DNA of 64,000 nt from Lachnospiraceae bacterium (GTDB lineage Bacteria; Bacillota; Clostridia; Lachnospirales; Lachnospiraceae): assembly GCA_017543275.1 (NCBI GenBank), contig JAFYGJ010000014.1, positions 38,551-102,550 of the forward strand, given 5' to 3'. Under the pieces are notes generated by a model. The model was given only the letters and a program-made list of their open reading frames with translations, searched no databases and was not told the origin of the DNA. The position numbers and the translations under genes are program-made. Below, piece by piece: positions 33,243-44,093 of the stretch (its first letter is position 1; each line of letters starts with the position of its first letter).

Positions 33243-33770
33243 ATGAATATCTGGCATGATATCGACGAATCCCGGGTAACCCCGGATGAATTTGTGGCAG
33301 TCATTGAGATTACGAAGGGCAGCCATGTAAAATATGAACTGGACAAGGAGACCGGTTTTCTTTCAATGGACCGGATCCTGTTTACGGCAACGCATTATCC
33401 GATGAACTACGGTTTTATACCGAAGACCTACGGCGACGATAAGGACCCGCTGGATGTACTCGTGCTGTGCACGGAGGCGATCCGGCCGATGACGCTGGTC
33501 CGGTGCCATGCGATCGGCGTGATGCGTATGGAAGACGACGGCGCAGGCGATGAGAAGATCATCGCGGTTCCGTCAGCCGATCCGAATTTCAGGGATTTCC
33601 AGGACATCAGCGAGCTTCCGCAGCATATTTTCGATGAAATGCAGCATTTCTTCAAGCATTACAAGAGTCTTGAGGGCAAAAAAACCGTCGTCAACGAAAT
33701 AGGCGGCTCGGACGAGGCGCGTGAGATCATCGCGGCCTGTATCCGCAATTACCACCTGAAGTTCGGGTGA
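33243..33770 (+). CDS. ppa: Inorganic pyrophosphatase (family I)
   Basis: ATG 33243 follows GGAGG. VIEITKGSHVKYELDKETG...YPMNYGFIP.T..DDKDPLDVLV is typical of family I PPases. Confidence 0.9.
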   Translation: MNIWHDIDESRVTPDEFVAVIEITKGSHVKYELDKETGFLSMDRILFTATHYPMNYGFIPKTYGDDKDPLDVLVLCTEAIRPMTLVRCHAIGVMRMEDDGAGDEKIIAVPSADPNFRDFQDISELPQHIFDEMQHFFKHYKSLEGKKTVVNEIGGSDEAREIIAACIRNYHLKFG

Positions 33771-33809
33771 CAGTATACAGCAGTCCCTTATACTGGGAAT
33801 ATACGGAAA

Positions 33810-33839
33810 GAGGCATGTTCTTCGGAGCATGTCTTTTTT
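33810..33839 (+). terminator. Rho-independent terminator after ppa
   Basis: GAGGCATGTTC, loop TTCG, then GAGCATGTCT (with G-U pairs), followed by TTTTTT. Confidence 0.6.
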
Positions 33840-33872
33840 GTACCTGTTCAGGAAGAACTTCCTGTGTTTTCC

Positions 33873-33901
33873 TTGACATTCCGGCCGCCGGGCCTTAAGA
33901 T
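33873..33901 (+). promoter_or_regulatory. Sigma-A-type promoter upstream of the YesM-type kinase gene
   Basis: TTGACA (33873-33878), 17-nt spacer, TAAGAT (33896-33901). Confidence 0.5.
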
Positions 33902-33987
33902 GAAAACAGGACTATCTGAAGATATATCTGGAAAAACTGTGTCCGGAAGAGACGGCGTAAAGGGAATCCAGAAATCAGGAAGCAGGG

Positions 33988-35781
33988 ATGAACAGAAAGA
34001 GGAAGAGAAGACCATATTCGATCAGCAGACGCATCTACTGGGTAATGTATATCCTGATGGGTCTGGAGATCATATGTTTTTCGGCTTTTTCCTTTTATGC
34101 TTCCATGTCATTCCGCAGACAGCGCTTTGCCGACCTGAAGCAGACACTTGCGCTCTATGACGCACAGATCTCGGATTCACTTTTCGGCATTGATTATTAT
34201 CTGATGCAGGTTGCACAGTATTCGAGCGAGTATTCACAGGCGACGGTACAGACGGCGGACAATAAAGATTTTACCGGGAATGTCAGGCTTCAAAACCTGT
34301 TGGAATACAACCTGCGGTCCTTCCCCGGACTGGAGGGGATGATTGCATATTTTCCACTGAGCGATACGTTTATCTCCGCACAGAATTATGAGAGCAGCCG
34401 CCGGATTTTCCACGAATACCTGCGGCAGCAGATGGCGGATGAGGAAGGCCGAAAAAAGCTGGATCCCGGCGGAGGCATCTACTGGAATGTTCTGGAATAT
34501 GATGAAACAACCTATCTGGTCAGCATATTCAACAATAAAAACAGTTATGCCGGCGCCTGGACCAATCTGGACAGACTCAGCGATATCCTGACGGAAATCG
34601 GCGGATTGCAGACTTCTGTCTTCTTTTCCGATGAAAACGGCGGAATTTTCCCGATGCGTACAGATACGATTCCCGACATGGCAGGCGGAGAAGACATGGA
34701 AAGATTGGAGGCCGCTGTCAGAAAGACCGGGGAGAAAGGGGATTATCAGATCGTCCGTCTCGGCGACTGTGTTTACCTTCTGGTGCAGCAGGAATTAAGT
34801 ATCAGTGTACCTGTGATCCGGACAAACGTGCTGGTCCCGGTTCAGGATATTGACAGCTCCTTAAGAAGGTACGCGATGATCTCCGTTGTGATTCTGGGGG
34901 TGACGCTGGCCGCATTCATCCTGGTGGAGCGGATGCTCAGCCGCTTCATGCGGAAAACGACGACGATGCTGGGGGCGGTCACGGAAGCCATTGCAGCCGG
35001 CCGGGAGGACGAACGCGTCAATACGGATGTGATTTACGCGGACGAGATGAGGCAGATCGGCACTTCCTACAACTATATGGTTGACCGTGTGCAGTCGCTC
35101 AAGATCGAGGCATATGAGGAAAACATCCAGGCGAAAAACTTCCAGCTTCTCGCACTCCGGTCCCAGGTTGCGCCGCATTTTCTGATCAACTGCCTGAATA
35201 TGATCGGGTATATGGCGGACGGAACAGAGGAAAATACTGAACTGATTCACCAGATGGTCGCGACGCTTTCCCAGCATCTCCGGTATACGCTGAGCACAAA
35301 GGAACGCGTGCCGCTGTCGGAGGAAGCGGAGTACGAGCAGAACTACGTTGCGCTGACGGATCTCCGGTTTCCCGGCTGCCTCACATTTGAAATGGATATT
35401 TCCGAAGAAGCGTCACGGGCCATGGTGTTCCCGCTGATCCTGATCATGTTTACGGAAAATACATTTAAGTATAATCTCGTGATGAGAGAGCCGCTGAAAC
35501 TGATCGTCCGGGCTTATGTCTACGAAAAGGACGGCGAGAAACGGCTGCATATCGAACACATTGATTCCGGGTCGGGCTATGAAGAGAATGTCCTGCAGCG
35601 AGGGAACGAGATTGCTTCTCAGGAGATTGCAGGTTCAGGCGGCGCCCAGATCGGACTTCGAAACATCGGACAGAGACTCCGTCTGTACTATAACGATACG
35701 GCCGAGCTGAAACTGTCCAATGAACCGGGCATGGGCGCGAGAAACGATATCGATATCCCTTATGTCGAATACAATGAATAA
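33988..35781 (+). CDS. Sensor histidine kinase, YesM/LytS-type (TM, extracytoplasmic domain, TM, HAMP, His_kinase, HATPase)
   Basis: The H-box QVAPHFLINCLN is characteristic of the LytS/YehU-type His_kinase domain. The C-terminal ATPase has GLRNIGQRLRLYY. Confidence 0.85.
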   Translation: MNRKRKRRPYSISRRIYWVMYILMGLEIICFSAFSFYASMSFRRQRFADLKQTLALYDAQISDSLFGIDYYLMQVAQYSSEYSQATVQTADNKDFTGNVRLQNLLEYNLRSFPGLEGMIAYFPLSDTFISAQNYESSRRIFHEYLRQQMADEEGRKKLDPGGGIYWNVLEYDETTYLVSIFNNKNSYAGAWTNLDRLSDILTEIGGLQTSVFFSDENGGIFPMRTDTIPDMAGGEDMERLEAAVRKTGEKGDYQIVRLGDCVYLLVQQELSISVPVIRTNVLVPVQDIDSSLRRYAMISVVILGVTLAAFILVERMLSRFMRKTTTMLGAVTEAIAAGREDERVNTDVIYADEMRQIGTSYNYMVDRVQSLKIEAYEENIQAKNFQLLALRSQVAPHFLINCLNMIGYMADGTEENTELIHQMVATLSQHLRYTLSTKERVPLSEEAEYEQNYVALTDLRFPGCLTFEMDISEEASRAMVFPLILIMFTENTFKYNLVMREPLKLIVRAYVYEKDGEKRLHIEHIDSGSGYEENVLQRGNEIASQEIAGSGGAQIGLRNIGQRLRLYYNDTAELKLSNEPGMGARNDIDIPYVEYNE

Positions 35782-35803
35782 TCTGAAATCTGCGGGGGAA
35801 AAC

Positions 35804-37381
35804 ATGAAGCTTCTGATTGTTGACGACGAATACTACCTGGTACGGGGGCTGAAAAACCGCATCAACTGGGCCGAATGCGGGATTGACACGGTGCTGGAGG
35901 CTTACAGCGCGGAACAGGCGCTTCAGATTTATCAGGACACCCAGGTCGATATCCTGCTTGCGGATGTGGAGATGCCGCGGGAGAACGGCCTCTCACTGAT
36001 CCGGAAAGTGGTTCAACAGGGCTATGATTCCATCAATATCCTCCTGACCGGACATGCGGATTTTAACTATGCACAGGAAGCCATCCAACTGAGGGTCTTT
36101 GATTACCTTGTCAAGCCGATCGAAAGCGCGCAGCTGATGCTCGTGATCACGCGGGCGGTCGAGGAACTGCAGCGGCGCAGGAACGAAGAAGAGGCAGCGC
36201 AGCTGATGAAGCGGGAGAACTTCTGGCAGCTGCTTTATTCCGGAGAGCTTCCCGTGATCGGCGCGGATGTCGTCCAGGAGCACCTGGAAAAGGCCGGACT
36301 CGGCGATATTTCGGTGGATGATCATTTTTACTACAGCTATATGCTGGTAAAACGTGCTGACTCTTCTTCGGCCAGGCCCGAGTCTTCGCCTGACGCGGCG
36401 CCGGCCATGCAGGCGGATATCCGCAGCCTTCTGACAGAAGAGTCCAATATCGCGGCTGCGGACCGGAGAGGGTATATGATCTGCACGCGGATTGAGCCCG
36501 ATGTCACGAAAGAGATGCTTCGTAGCCGTGCGGAAGCGCTGGTGGAAAAGCTCGGGGAGATACATCCGCATCATTTCTTTGTGCTGTATACCTTTACGGA
36601 GGCACCGCTTCTTGCTGCGCCGTATGCCTGCGAACTTCTTTCCCAGTACGCGAAACGGATCCTGACGACGGGGAACAAAGTGGTTTCAATCCTCAGTCCG
36701 GAACTGAAGGACCGGTTGGAAGAAGACCAGAAAGGACTTCTGATCCCGGCGGAAACCTGGCGGGAATGGCTTTTACAGGGGAGGACGGATGATATCCTGT
36801 TCCAGGTCCGGAAGCTTCTCGAGCAGCGGAATACGGTGTATTCGGTCCGGTATCTTTCCTTTATTTTCTACAGCCTTCTGGACATTGTGATTTCCGTCTT
36901 TTCCGACAGGAAGCTTTCGCCGGGAGATCTTCTGTCGCGGGTTTCGCATGGTTCGGACTTCGCACAGGCATCCAGCTCACCCGAAAGCCTGGTTCACTGG
37001 GCGGAAAACCTGCTGCGCGAGGCGGACGCCGGTCTTAAGCGCGGGAAAGAGACCGGATCTTTGATGGAGCAGGTCCGGGATTACATTGAGGAACATTACA
37101 GCGACCCGGAGATGGACCGCGAACATATTGCTTCTGCCGTGCATATCTCGGAGGACTATCTTTCCTATCTTTTCCACAAAGAAAACGGATGTCTGCTTTC
37201 TGCCTATGTCACCGACAAAAGGATCGCAGCCTCAAAGAAAATGCTGCAGTCGACGGATCTCACGCTCGAGGAAATCACCGAACGCTCGGGGTTTACGAAC
37301 AGCTCATACTTCCACAGGCAGTTTAAAAAGCTCACCGGACTTACGCCGACCGCGTACCGGAAGCAGTACGGGAAAAAATAA
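35804..37381 (+). CDS. Response regulator with AraC-type HTH output (YesN-like)
   Basis: ATG 35804 (MKLLIVDDEYYLV) starts the REC domain. The C-terminal AraC HTH is ERSGFTNSSYFHRQFKKLTGLTPTAYR. Confidence 0.9.
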   Translation: MKLLIVDDEYYLVRGLKNRINWAECGIDTVLEAYSAEQALQIYQDTQVDILLADVEMPRENGLSLIRKVVQQGYDSINILLTGHADFNYAQEAIQLRVFDYLVKPIESAQLMLVITRAVEELQRRRNEEEAAQLMKRENFWQLLYSGELPVIGADVVQEHLEKAGLGDISVDDHFYYSYMLVKRADSSSARPESSPDAAPAMQADIRSLLTEESNIAAADRRGYMICTRIEPDVTKEMLRSRAEALVEKLGEIHPHHFFVLYTFTEAPLLAAPYACELLSQYAKRILTTGNKVVSILSPELKDRLEEDQKGLLIPAETWREWLLQGRTDDILFQVRKLLEQRNTVYSVRYLSFIFYSLLDIVISVFSDRKLSPGDLLSRVSHGSDFAQASSSPESLVHWAENLLREADAGLKRGKETGSLMEQVRDYIEEHYSDPEMDREHIASAVHISEDYLSYLFHKENGCLLSAYVTDKRIAASKKMLQSTDLTLEEITERSGFTNSSYFHRQFKKLTGLTPTAYRKQYGKK

Positions 37382-37513
37382 AAGCATCTCAGAATAGTTC
37401 AGCTACATCACGGAATAATACAGGACGAAAGAGCGGATTCATGGTATCCTTTTTATACAAAATGACGAAACGGCCTCTGCCGCTTTGGAAAATCAATTTA
37501 AAAGGAGAAAAAC

Positions 37514-39106
37514 ATGAGAAAAGTACTTGCTATGATGCTTGCCCTGATCTTGGCGCTTTCTGTTCTTGCAGGATGTACCAACGGCGGCGGCTCAGACAAA
37601 ACCCAGGAAGCTCAGGGCGACAACGGCGGCGCTGAAGACAGCGGAAGCGCAGTTGAAAAGGCAATTGCCGGTTACAAGTCCGGCAACATGCCTACCGTAA
37701 CCCTTTGCTTCGGCAACTTCGCCGGCAAACCCGCTGGCGTTGACCGCATCGGCGCCGCGATGAGCAAGATCACGGAAGAGAAACTCGGCATCAAAGTGGA
37801 GCTCACAATCGACAGTATCGGTGCTCTTTCACAGCAGATGAACCTGGACCTCGCTTCCGGCAATGCTCCGGACCTCTTCAACGGACTTCTGGCCGGCTTT
37901 ATGGCTTCCGTCAACTCCGGCTACCTCTACGATCTTGAGGAAAACGGACTTCTGGACACCTACGGCGCAGGCATCAAGGATTGCTTCAGAGAGATCGAAC
38001 TGAACGGCTGCCGCGTGAACGGCACCCTGTACGGCATCCCGGTCAAAAAGGACGATGCAGCGGGTATGTTCGGTATCTCGATCCCGCAGGAATATCTGGA
38101 TACGATCGGCTACGATTACGCTTCCAAGTACGCAAAAGAAGGCGATGAGATCATCTACACCGACCTGGACGAAATCGAAGGCATCCTGACACAGCTGAAG
38201 GCAGCTTATCCGGATAAGACCACATTCTTCATGGATGCGTCTTCCGTCATGGCTCAGTGCCTTGAAATCGACAACATCGGCAACGACTATTTCGGCGCAC
38301 TCTGTGATCCTGTAAACAGCCTCGAAGTTACCAATCCCTTTGAGGACCAGAAGTATTATGATCTCTGCAAGCGCATGTATCATTGGAACCACGATCTCGG
38401 TTTCTTCAGCATGGACGCTGCGACGACCGACGTTGCGACAACCGTTCAGGTCAAGTCCGGCAGCCTCTGCGCTTATAAGACCGCGACGAAGCCCGGCATT
38501 AAGCAGCAGGAATCTAATCTCTGCGGCATGCCCGTGATTATCTTCCAGTGCGGAACCGACTTCAAGAAGGCTTCCACTTATGGCACGATGCCTTGGGTTA
38601 TGAACCATGCAACCGAAGATCCGATAGCAGCTATGCTGGTTCTGAATGAGCTTTACACCAATCCTGATCTGATGACCCTGTTCTGCTGGGGCGAAGAAGG
38701 CAAGGAATGGAAGGAAACCGGCGATGGCCATATCACATTCGCGGACGGTGTTGACGCTCAGAATTCCGAGTACTACAACAACACCAACTGGGAACTTCCG
38801 AACCAGTTTATCGCCCGGATCTGGGAAGGTGACGAACTGACCCTTTGGGAGAGAATGCAGAGCTTCAATGACAATGCACGTACCTCAAAGGCAATGGGAT
38901 TCACCTGGGACAACAGTGATGTATCCAATGAGTATTCTGCGCTGACCAACGTGTATGAAGAGTACAGAAAGCAGCTGGAGCTGGGCTTTGTGGATCCTGA
39001 TGTAGCCATTCCGGAAATGGTGGAAAGACTGAAATCGGCTGGTCTTGAGAAGTACATGCAGGCGAAGGCGGATGCATTGAAGACTTGGGCAGACGGTCAG
39101 AAATAA
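37514..39106 (+). CDS. Extracellular solute-binding lipoprotein of a carbohydrate ABC importer (large LplA-like type)
   Basis: Lipobox LSVLAGC. The 530-aa size and its position upstream of two sugar-type permease genes support the call. Confidence 0.85.
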   Translation: MRKVLAMMLALILALSVLAGCTNGGGSDKTQEAQGDNGGAEDSGSAVEKAIAGYKSGNMPTVTLCFGNFAGKPAGVDRIGAAMSKITEEKLGIKVELTIDSIGALSQQMNLDLASGNAPDLFNGLLAGFMASVNSGYLYDLEENGLLDTYGAGIKDCFREIELNGCRVNGTLYGIPVKKDDAAGMFGISIPQEYLDTIGYDYASKYAKEGDEIIYTDLDEIEGILTQLKAAYPDKTTFFMDASSVMAQCLEIDNIGNDYFGALCDPVNSLEVTNPFEDQKYYDLCKRMYHWNHDLGFFSMDAATTDVATTVQVKSGSLCAYKTATKPGIKQQESNLCGMPVIIFQCGTDFKKASTYGTMPWVMNHATEDPIAAMLVLNELYTNPDLMTLFCWGEEGKEWKETGDGHITFADGVDAQNSEYYNNTNWELPNQFIARIWEGDELTLWERMQSFNDNARTSKAMGFTWDNSDVSNEYSALTNVYEEYRKQLELGFVDPDVAIPEMVERLKSAGLEKYMQAKADALKTWADGQK

Positions 39107-39219
39107 TCCGATCATTGTAAGCTGTTAAAAAGAGATGATGAATTAGTTCAGGAGGCAGAGGATTGGGGAACCTAAGCCCCGCTCCTCTGCCTCTCCCTTT
39201 CAGAGAAAGGAGGGAGAAA

Positions 39220-40164
39220 GTGGCAGTTATCAAAGAAAAAAAGCTCACCCCGGCGAAGCGCAAAGCATTAATTAAACGGTCCATTCCGATTTATATCATG
39301 ATGCTCCCGGGACTGATTTATCTGGTTATCAACAACTATATGCCCATGCCCGGTATCATTCTTGCGTTTAAGAAATATACGGCTAAGCTGGGTATTTATC
39401 GTTCTCCGTGGAACGGGCTCAAGAACTTCACCTATCTGTTCTCGACGCCGGACGCGTTTGTTATTACGAGAAACACCATATTGTATAATGTGGCGTTTAT
39501 CATCATTAATCTGATCTTTGCCGTGGCGGTCGCTATCATCCTGTCGGAACTGACAGGCAAACTCAAGAAGGCTTATCAGTCGATTATCCTTCTTCCGCAT
39601 CTCCTGTCTGCGGTTATCATCAGTTATCTGGTATTTGCGTTCCTGTCCGCTGACAACGGTTTTATTAACAACTCGATTTTAGGACCTCTGAAAAAGGATC
39701 CGATCGGTTGGTATGACAACGCGAAATACTGGCCCTTCATCCTGGTTTTCGTGAACCTGTGGAAGGGTATCGGATACAACTGTATTATTTATCTGTCGAC
39801 GATCCTCGGTTTTGATCGTTCGTATTACGAAGCCGCCCGGATCGACGGCGCGAGCAAGTGGAAACAGATTACTAAGATCACACTTCCGCTGCTTCGCCCC
39901 ACGATTATCATGCTGTCCCTGATGGCGGTTGGCCGTATCTTCTACTCGGATTTCGGCCTTTTCTATCAGGTGCCCAGAAACTCCGGTGCACTCTTCCCGG
40001 TTACAAATACGATTGATACCTACGTTTACAGAGCCCTGATTGAACAGGGTGACATTACGAAATCCGCCGCTGCTGGCGTGTACCAGTCCCTTGTCGGATT
40101 CATCCTGATCCTGAGCGCGAACCTTCTTGTCAGAAAGCTCGATCCGGACAGTGCATTATTCTAA
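39220..40164 (+). CDS. Carbohydrate ABC importer permease (LplB-like)
   Basis: GTG 39220 lies 7 nt after AAAGGAGGGAG. Six TM helices and the EAA-loop-like segment YYEAARIDGASKWKQITKITLP. Confidence 0.85.
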   Translation: MAVIKEKKLTPAKRKALIKRSIPIYIMMLPGLIYLVINNYMPMPGIILAFKKYTAKLGIYRSPWNGLKNFTYLFSTPDAFVITRNTILYNVAFIIINLIFAVAVAIILSELTGKLKKAYQSIILLPHLLSAVIISYLVFAFLSADNGFINNSILGPLKKDPIGWYDNAKYWPFILVFVNLWKGIGYNCIIYLSTILGFDRSYYEAARIDGASKWKQITKITLPLLRPTIIMLSLMAVGRIFYSDFGLFYQVPRNSGALFPVTNTIDTYVYRALIEQGDITKSAAAGVYQSLVGFILILSANLLVRKLDPDSALF

Positions 40165-40182
40165 AGAAAGGAGGAGAAGAAC

Positions 40183-41088
40183 ATGAAAAGAAAAAGAGTC
40201 GGAGAAGAAGGAAGGTTCCAAATCTTTGGCAATATCATCATGATTCTGTTTTCACTGGCTGCGGTTATTCCATTGGTCCTGCTTTTGATCTCGTCCTTTA
40301 CCGATGACAGTGCGCTGGTTCGAAATGGCTACTCCTTCTTCCCGGAGAAGTGGAGCGCATATGCCTACCAGTATATTTTCACATCCGGAAATTCGCTGAC
40401 CAGGGCGTACATCATGTCCTTTGTCCTGACGGCTGTCGGTGTTGTCGTAGGTCTTGCGATTACGACCCTTCTCGCATACGGTCTTTCTAAGAAATTCCTT
40501 CCGGCGAGAGGCGTTATCACCTTCCTTGTTGTATTTACAATGCTCTTCAACGGCGATCTTGTACCGACCTATATGAACTACGCAAATGTTTTCAAAGTGA
40601 AGGATACTTTCTTCGGGCTTCTGCTCCCAGGCCTTTTGATGAATGCTTTCAACGTCATGATGATGAAGTCATACTTTGTATCGGGCGTACCGGATGAAAT
40701 CCTGGAAGCAGCTTATATTGATGGCGCGAACGAATACCAGACCTTCCTCAAGATCGCGTTCCCGCTTGCGAAGCCCATCGTTGCAACGATCGCGCTTTTC
40801 ATCGGCATTGGCTACTGGAATGACTGGATGAACGGTTATGTATACCTGTCCAAGGCAACCCACCTGTATACAATCCAGAATCTTTTAAATCGGATGATGC
40901 AGAACATTCAGTTCCTTCAGCAGAATTCTTCCACGATCAGCGGCGCCAATACCGGACTTGCGTCCATCCCAGCGGTTTCTGTTCGTATGGCGATGGCCGT
41001 ATGCGGCATCCTTCCGATCGTTGTTATCTATCCCTTTATCCAGAACAACTTCGTCAAAGGTATTACCCTCGGCGGCGTTAAGGGATGA
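40183..41088 (+). CDS. Carbohydrate ABC importer permease (LplC-like)
   Basis: Six TM helices and the EAA loop ILEAAYIDGANEYQTFLKIAFP. Confidence 0.85.
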   Translation: MKRKRVGEEGRFQIFGNIIMILFSLAAVIPLVLLLISSFTDDSALVRNGYSFFPEKWSAYAYQYIFTSGNSLTRAYIMSFVLTAVGVVVGLAITTLLAYGLSKKFLPARGVITFLVVFTMLFNGDLVPTYMNYANVFKVKDTFFGLLLPGLLMNAFNVMMMKSYFVSGVPDEILEAAYIDGANEYQTFLKIAFPLAKPIVATIALFIGIGYWNDWMNGYVYLSKATHLYTIQNLLNRMMQNIQFLQQNSSTISGANTGLASIPAVSVRMAMAVCGILPIVVIYPFIQNNFVKGITLGGVKG

Positions 41089-41100
41089 TCGGTATTCTCT

Positions 41101-41140
41101 AAAGACACCGCGCGGGGATCTGCCTGCGCGGTGTCTTTTT
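41101..41140 (+). terminator. Rho-independent terminator after the permease genes
   Basis: AAAGACACCGCGC (41101-41113) pairs with GCGCGGTGTCTTT (41126-41138), followed by TT. Confidence 0.7.
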
Positions 41141-41220
41141 ACCCGGGATTTTCCGAGGAAGAGTTAATGAACTGGAAACCGGGAGTACAGTGCATATTTT
41201 TACCGGAGGAAAAATGACAT

Positions 41221-42501
41221 ATGGCAAGAGCATATTATACAGAAGTTCGCGTGACGGATTTCGGCCCCTATACAACGAAAATCATCCTTCCCCTTGACGG
41301 GAAAGTACAGGAAGGCGCGATCGGAACAGATACCTTTTCCGTTTATGTACGTCGTCTGGATCAATATGGAAAGCAGCTGATGGTGCAGAAGTTCCGTTCC
41401 TTCGATCCAAACGTCCCGAAGGACATGGTCGAAAGCCGCGGCTTTCTGGAGGTAACGGATGCATATCCGTCGGATCTTTACGGAAACCGCCTCACAGAGT
41501 CGGACATTGTGACGCTCGTAATTAAGCATGGTCCCAGCGTCTGGCTTGCTTCCGAGCTCGGGCAGGACGGCCCCTTCAACACCTTTATTCATACCGTACA
41601 GGTGATCACACAGGTCAAACCCTTCAAAGACGAAAAGGATATCGTGACCGGACTGGTTTTTGATACGAAAGTCGGAATCCACAAGCCCGATCTCTACGGC
41701 TGGATCAACAGCCGCTCGAATTACGCGGACTGCCCCTTACGCTACGGCTACTTTGTGCCGCAGGGCCCGGGAGAGAAGAAACCGCTTCTCATATGGCTTC
41801 ATGGTGCGGGAGAGGGCGGAACGGACACGACAGCCGCCTATGCAGGCAACAAGGTGACCGCGCTTTCAAGCGCAGAAGTGCAGGGATTCTTCGGCGAAGG
41901 CGGCGCCTATGTTCTGGCCCCGCAGACCGAGACTTTCTGGATGGATTCCGGAACCGGTGGTATCGAGGCAAACGGAAAGACCAAGTACGGTCCGGCGCTG
42001 AAAGCCTGCATTGATGAATTTGTTGCGAACAACCCCGCCGTCGACACGGAGCGGATTTATATCGGCGGCGATTCCAACGGCGGCTTCATGACGGTCCGTA
42101 TGGTATTGGATTATCCGGACTTTTTTGCGGCGGCTTTCCCGGTCTGCGAAGCGCTTCCGGATCGGTGCATCAGTGATGAAGAACTTGCAAAAATCAAAGA
42201 TCTTCCGATCTGGTTTGTCGCGGCGAAAACCGATACGCTGGTTCCGCCCGCGGAGTATGCAGAGCCGACTTATCAGCGGCTGAAAGCACTCGGAAATCCG
42301 GATGTGCATTTCAGCTACTGGGACAAAATTGAAGACCTGCACGGTCTCGCCGATCCGGTCGACGGAAAGCCTTATGAATATTTCGGGCACTTCTCATGGA
42401 TTCCGGTATTCAACAATGACTGTGATTTCGATTATGACGGGTCAAAGGTCGTGTTTGAAGGAATGGAAGTCTCGCTTCTTCAGTGGCTCGGCATGCACTG
42501 A
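41221..42501 (+). CDS. Alpha/beta-hydrolase (prolyl-oligopeptidase/esterase-like serine hydrolase), no signal peptide
   Basis: LLIWLHGAGEGG oxyanion-type segment and the nucleophile elbow IGGDSNGG, preceded by an N-terminal domain of about 190 aa with unknown fold. Confidence 0.7.
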   Translation: MARAYYTEVRVTDFGPYTTKIILPLDGKVQEGAIGTDTFSVYVRRLDQYGKQLMVQKFRSFDPNVPKDMVESRGFLEVTDAYPSDLYGNRLTESDIVTLVIKHGPSVWLASELGQDGPFNTFIHTVQVITQVKPFKDEKDIVTGLVFDTKVGIHKPDLYGWINSRSNYADCPLRYGYFVPQGPGEKKPLLIWLHGAGEGGTDTTAAYAGNKVTALSSAEVQGFFGEGGAYVLAPQTETFWMDSGTGGIEANGKTKYGPALKACIDEFVANNPAVDTERIYIGGDSNGGFMTVRMVLDYPDFFAAAFPVCEALPDRCISDEELAKIKDLPIWFVAAKTDTLVPPAEYAEPTYQRLKALGNPDVHFSYWDKIEDLHGLADPVDGKPYEYFGHFSWIPVFNNDCDFDYDGSKVVFEGMEVSLLQWLGMH

Positions 42502-42527
42502 GGACGGCATATGAGAGGAGATTTCAG

Positions 42528-44018
42528 ATGATCAGAAAGCCCCGCACCATTCTGACAACCGACATGGAATGCGACGATATGAATTCCATGATCCATCTCT
42601 TTCTCTATCTGAACGAGCTGGATCTCATGGGCATCGTCTACACTTCCTCGCAGTTCCACTGGAACGGAGACGGCATTCACACCCTGGGTGAGGTGACGCC
42701 GCATTACTGCTGCCTCGGCCGGAAGGAGACGGACGGACCGATGCCGGACCGTGAGCCGGATCCTTCAGCCGCGGATATGATGCTGTTCAGGCCTTTTGAG
42801 ATCGGTTGGATCGAGGACCTGATACGAAACGAATATACAGCGGTTTATCCGAAGCTTCGGACACACGCTGAAGGCTTCCCGACACCGGCAGAACTGCTTT
42901 CAAAAGTATATTACGGAAACTACTGGTTCGAGGGCGACGTGCGCTATGAGACGGAAGGATCGCGGCTCATCGAGCGCTGCATCATGGACGAAAGGGAGGA
43001 TGTTCTCTATCTGCAGTCGTGGGGCGGCGTGAATACGATCGTGCGTGCACTGCTGTCGATCTGGGAGAAATATTCGGAGAAGCCGGAGTGGCCCTCGGTC
43101 TGTGAAAAGGTCGTAAAAAAGATCGCGATCCTCGGTGTTATAGGTGGACAGGGACAGGACAACAGCTTCCTTGACAACGATATTCCGGGGAAGTTCCCGG
43201 GAATCCGGTGCATCCGCGCGGACTTCGGCTATGCGTCCTTTATGACAGCGAAAAACTGCCAGGAGGATGTACTCCCGATGATGCAGGCAGCCTTTATGTA
43301 TCCGCATTTCAAGGTGAATCACGGTCCTTTGATGGAAAAATACGCGCTATATGGCGACGGAACGATCTTCCGCGGAGAGTGTGACCGCTTCCAGTACGGT
43401 CTTCTGCCGGTACTGGACTGGTTTAAGGGGCAGGAGCCGCTTCATTTTGAGAAATACGATATCCTCGGCGAAGGAGATTCCGGGACCTACATCCCGCTTT
43501 TCACGAATTTCGGGCTGCGGGGCATGGAGGACTGGCGTTACGGAACCATGCTTGGTGTGCTGCGAGTGGATGATCCGAAGCCTGTGGATATGGCGGTGAT
43601 GATGGCAGAGATGCGAAAGCGCGGGCCGAGAAAGAATCCTTTCCTCAAAGCCTATCACGAAGACTTTGCGGCGCGAGCAGATTGGTGTGTGAAGGATTAT
43701 GCGGAAGCGAATCATAATCCGGCAGTTGTGCTGTCGGCGTATGACCTTTCTGCGGCACCGGGCGAAACGCTCTGCGTTCAGGGAGCGGTTGCGGATGTGC
43801 GGCCTTATGAAGCGAAATGGTGGCTGTACCGGGAAGGATCCCAATATGCGGGAGATTTCGATGCCGCCGAGATTTCGGCTGACGATCAGATGTCCTTGTC
43901 CTTTACTGTCCCTTCGGACGCGAAGGCTGGCGACTATTTCAACCTGATCCTGGAAGCCCGGAACGAACATGAAAACCCGATGACCGGCTACGGACAGCTG
44001 ATTGTGACCGTAGCATAA
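42528..44018 (+). CDS. DUF1593-family protein (nucleoside-hydrolase-like N-domain plus C-terminal beta domain)
   Basis: ATG 42528 was chosen. RTILTTDMECDDMNSMIHLFLYLNELDLMGIVYTSS matches the DUF1593 N-terminal pattern as I remember it. Confidence 0.65.
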   Translation: MIRKPRTILTTDMECDDMNSMIHLFLYLNELDLMGIVYTSSQFHWNGDGIHTLGEVTPHYCCLGRKETDGPMPDREPDPSAADMMLFRPFEIGWIEDLIRNEYTAVYPKLRTHAEGFPTPAELLSKVYYGNYWFEGDVRYETEGSRLIERCIMDEREDVLYLQSWGGVNTIVRALLSIWEKYSEKPEWPSVCEKVVKKIAILGVIGGQGQDNSFLDNDIPGKFPGIRCIRADFGYASFMTAKNCQEDVLPMMQAAFMYPHFKVNHGPLMEKYALYGDGTIFRGECDRFQYGLLPVLDWFKGQEPLHFEKYDILGEGDSGTYIPLFTNFGLRGMEDWRYGTMLGVLRVDDPKPVDMAVMMAEMRKRGPRKNPFLKAYHEDFAARADWCVKDYAEANHNPAVVLSAYDLSAAPGETLCVQGAVADVRPYEAKWWLYREGSQYAGDFDAAEISADDQMSLSFTVPSDAKAGDYFNLILEARNEHENPMTGYGQLIVTVA

Positions 44019-44022
44019 GTAT

Positions 44023-44076
44023 ACAGGGGAAGATCAGCCGTACGAATCTTGTACGACAGACCTTCCCCTGTTTCTT
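44023..44076 (+). terminator. Possible terminator hairpin
   Basis: ACAGGGGAAG (44023-44032) pairs with CTTCCCCTGT (44062-44071), followed by TTCTT. The loop is long and has an internal GTACG...GTAC pairing. Confidence 0.45.
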
Positions 44077-44093
44077 GTAAAAGGAGAAAGTCA

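Noticed and set aside
33182-33901. Identical TTGACA-N17-TAAGAT promoter hexamers on both sides of ppa, considered as a possible repeat element.
   Set aside because: Only the hexamers coincide; the spacers and flanks are unrelated. They are better read as two independent promoters.
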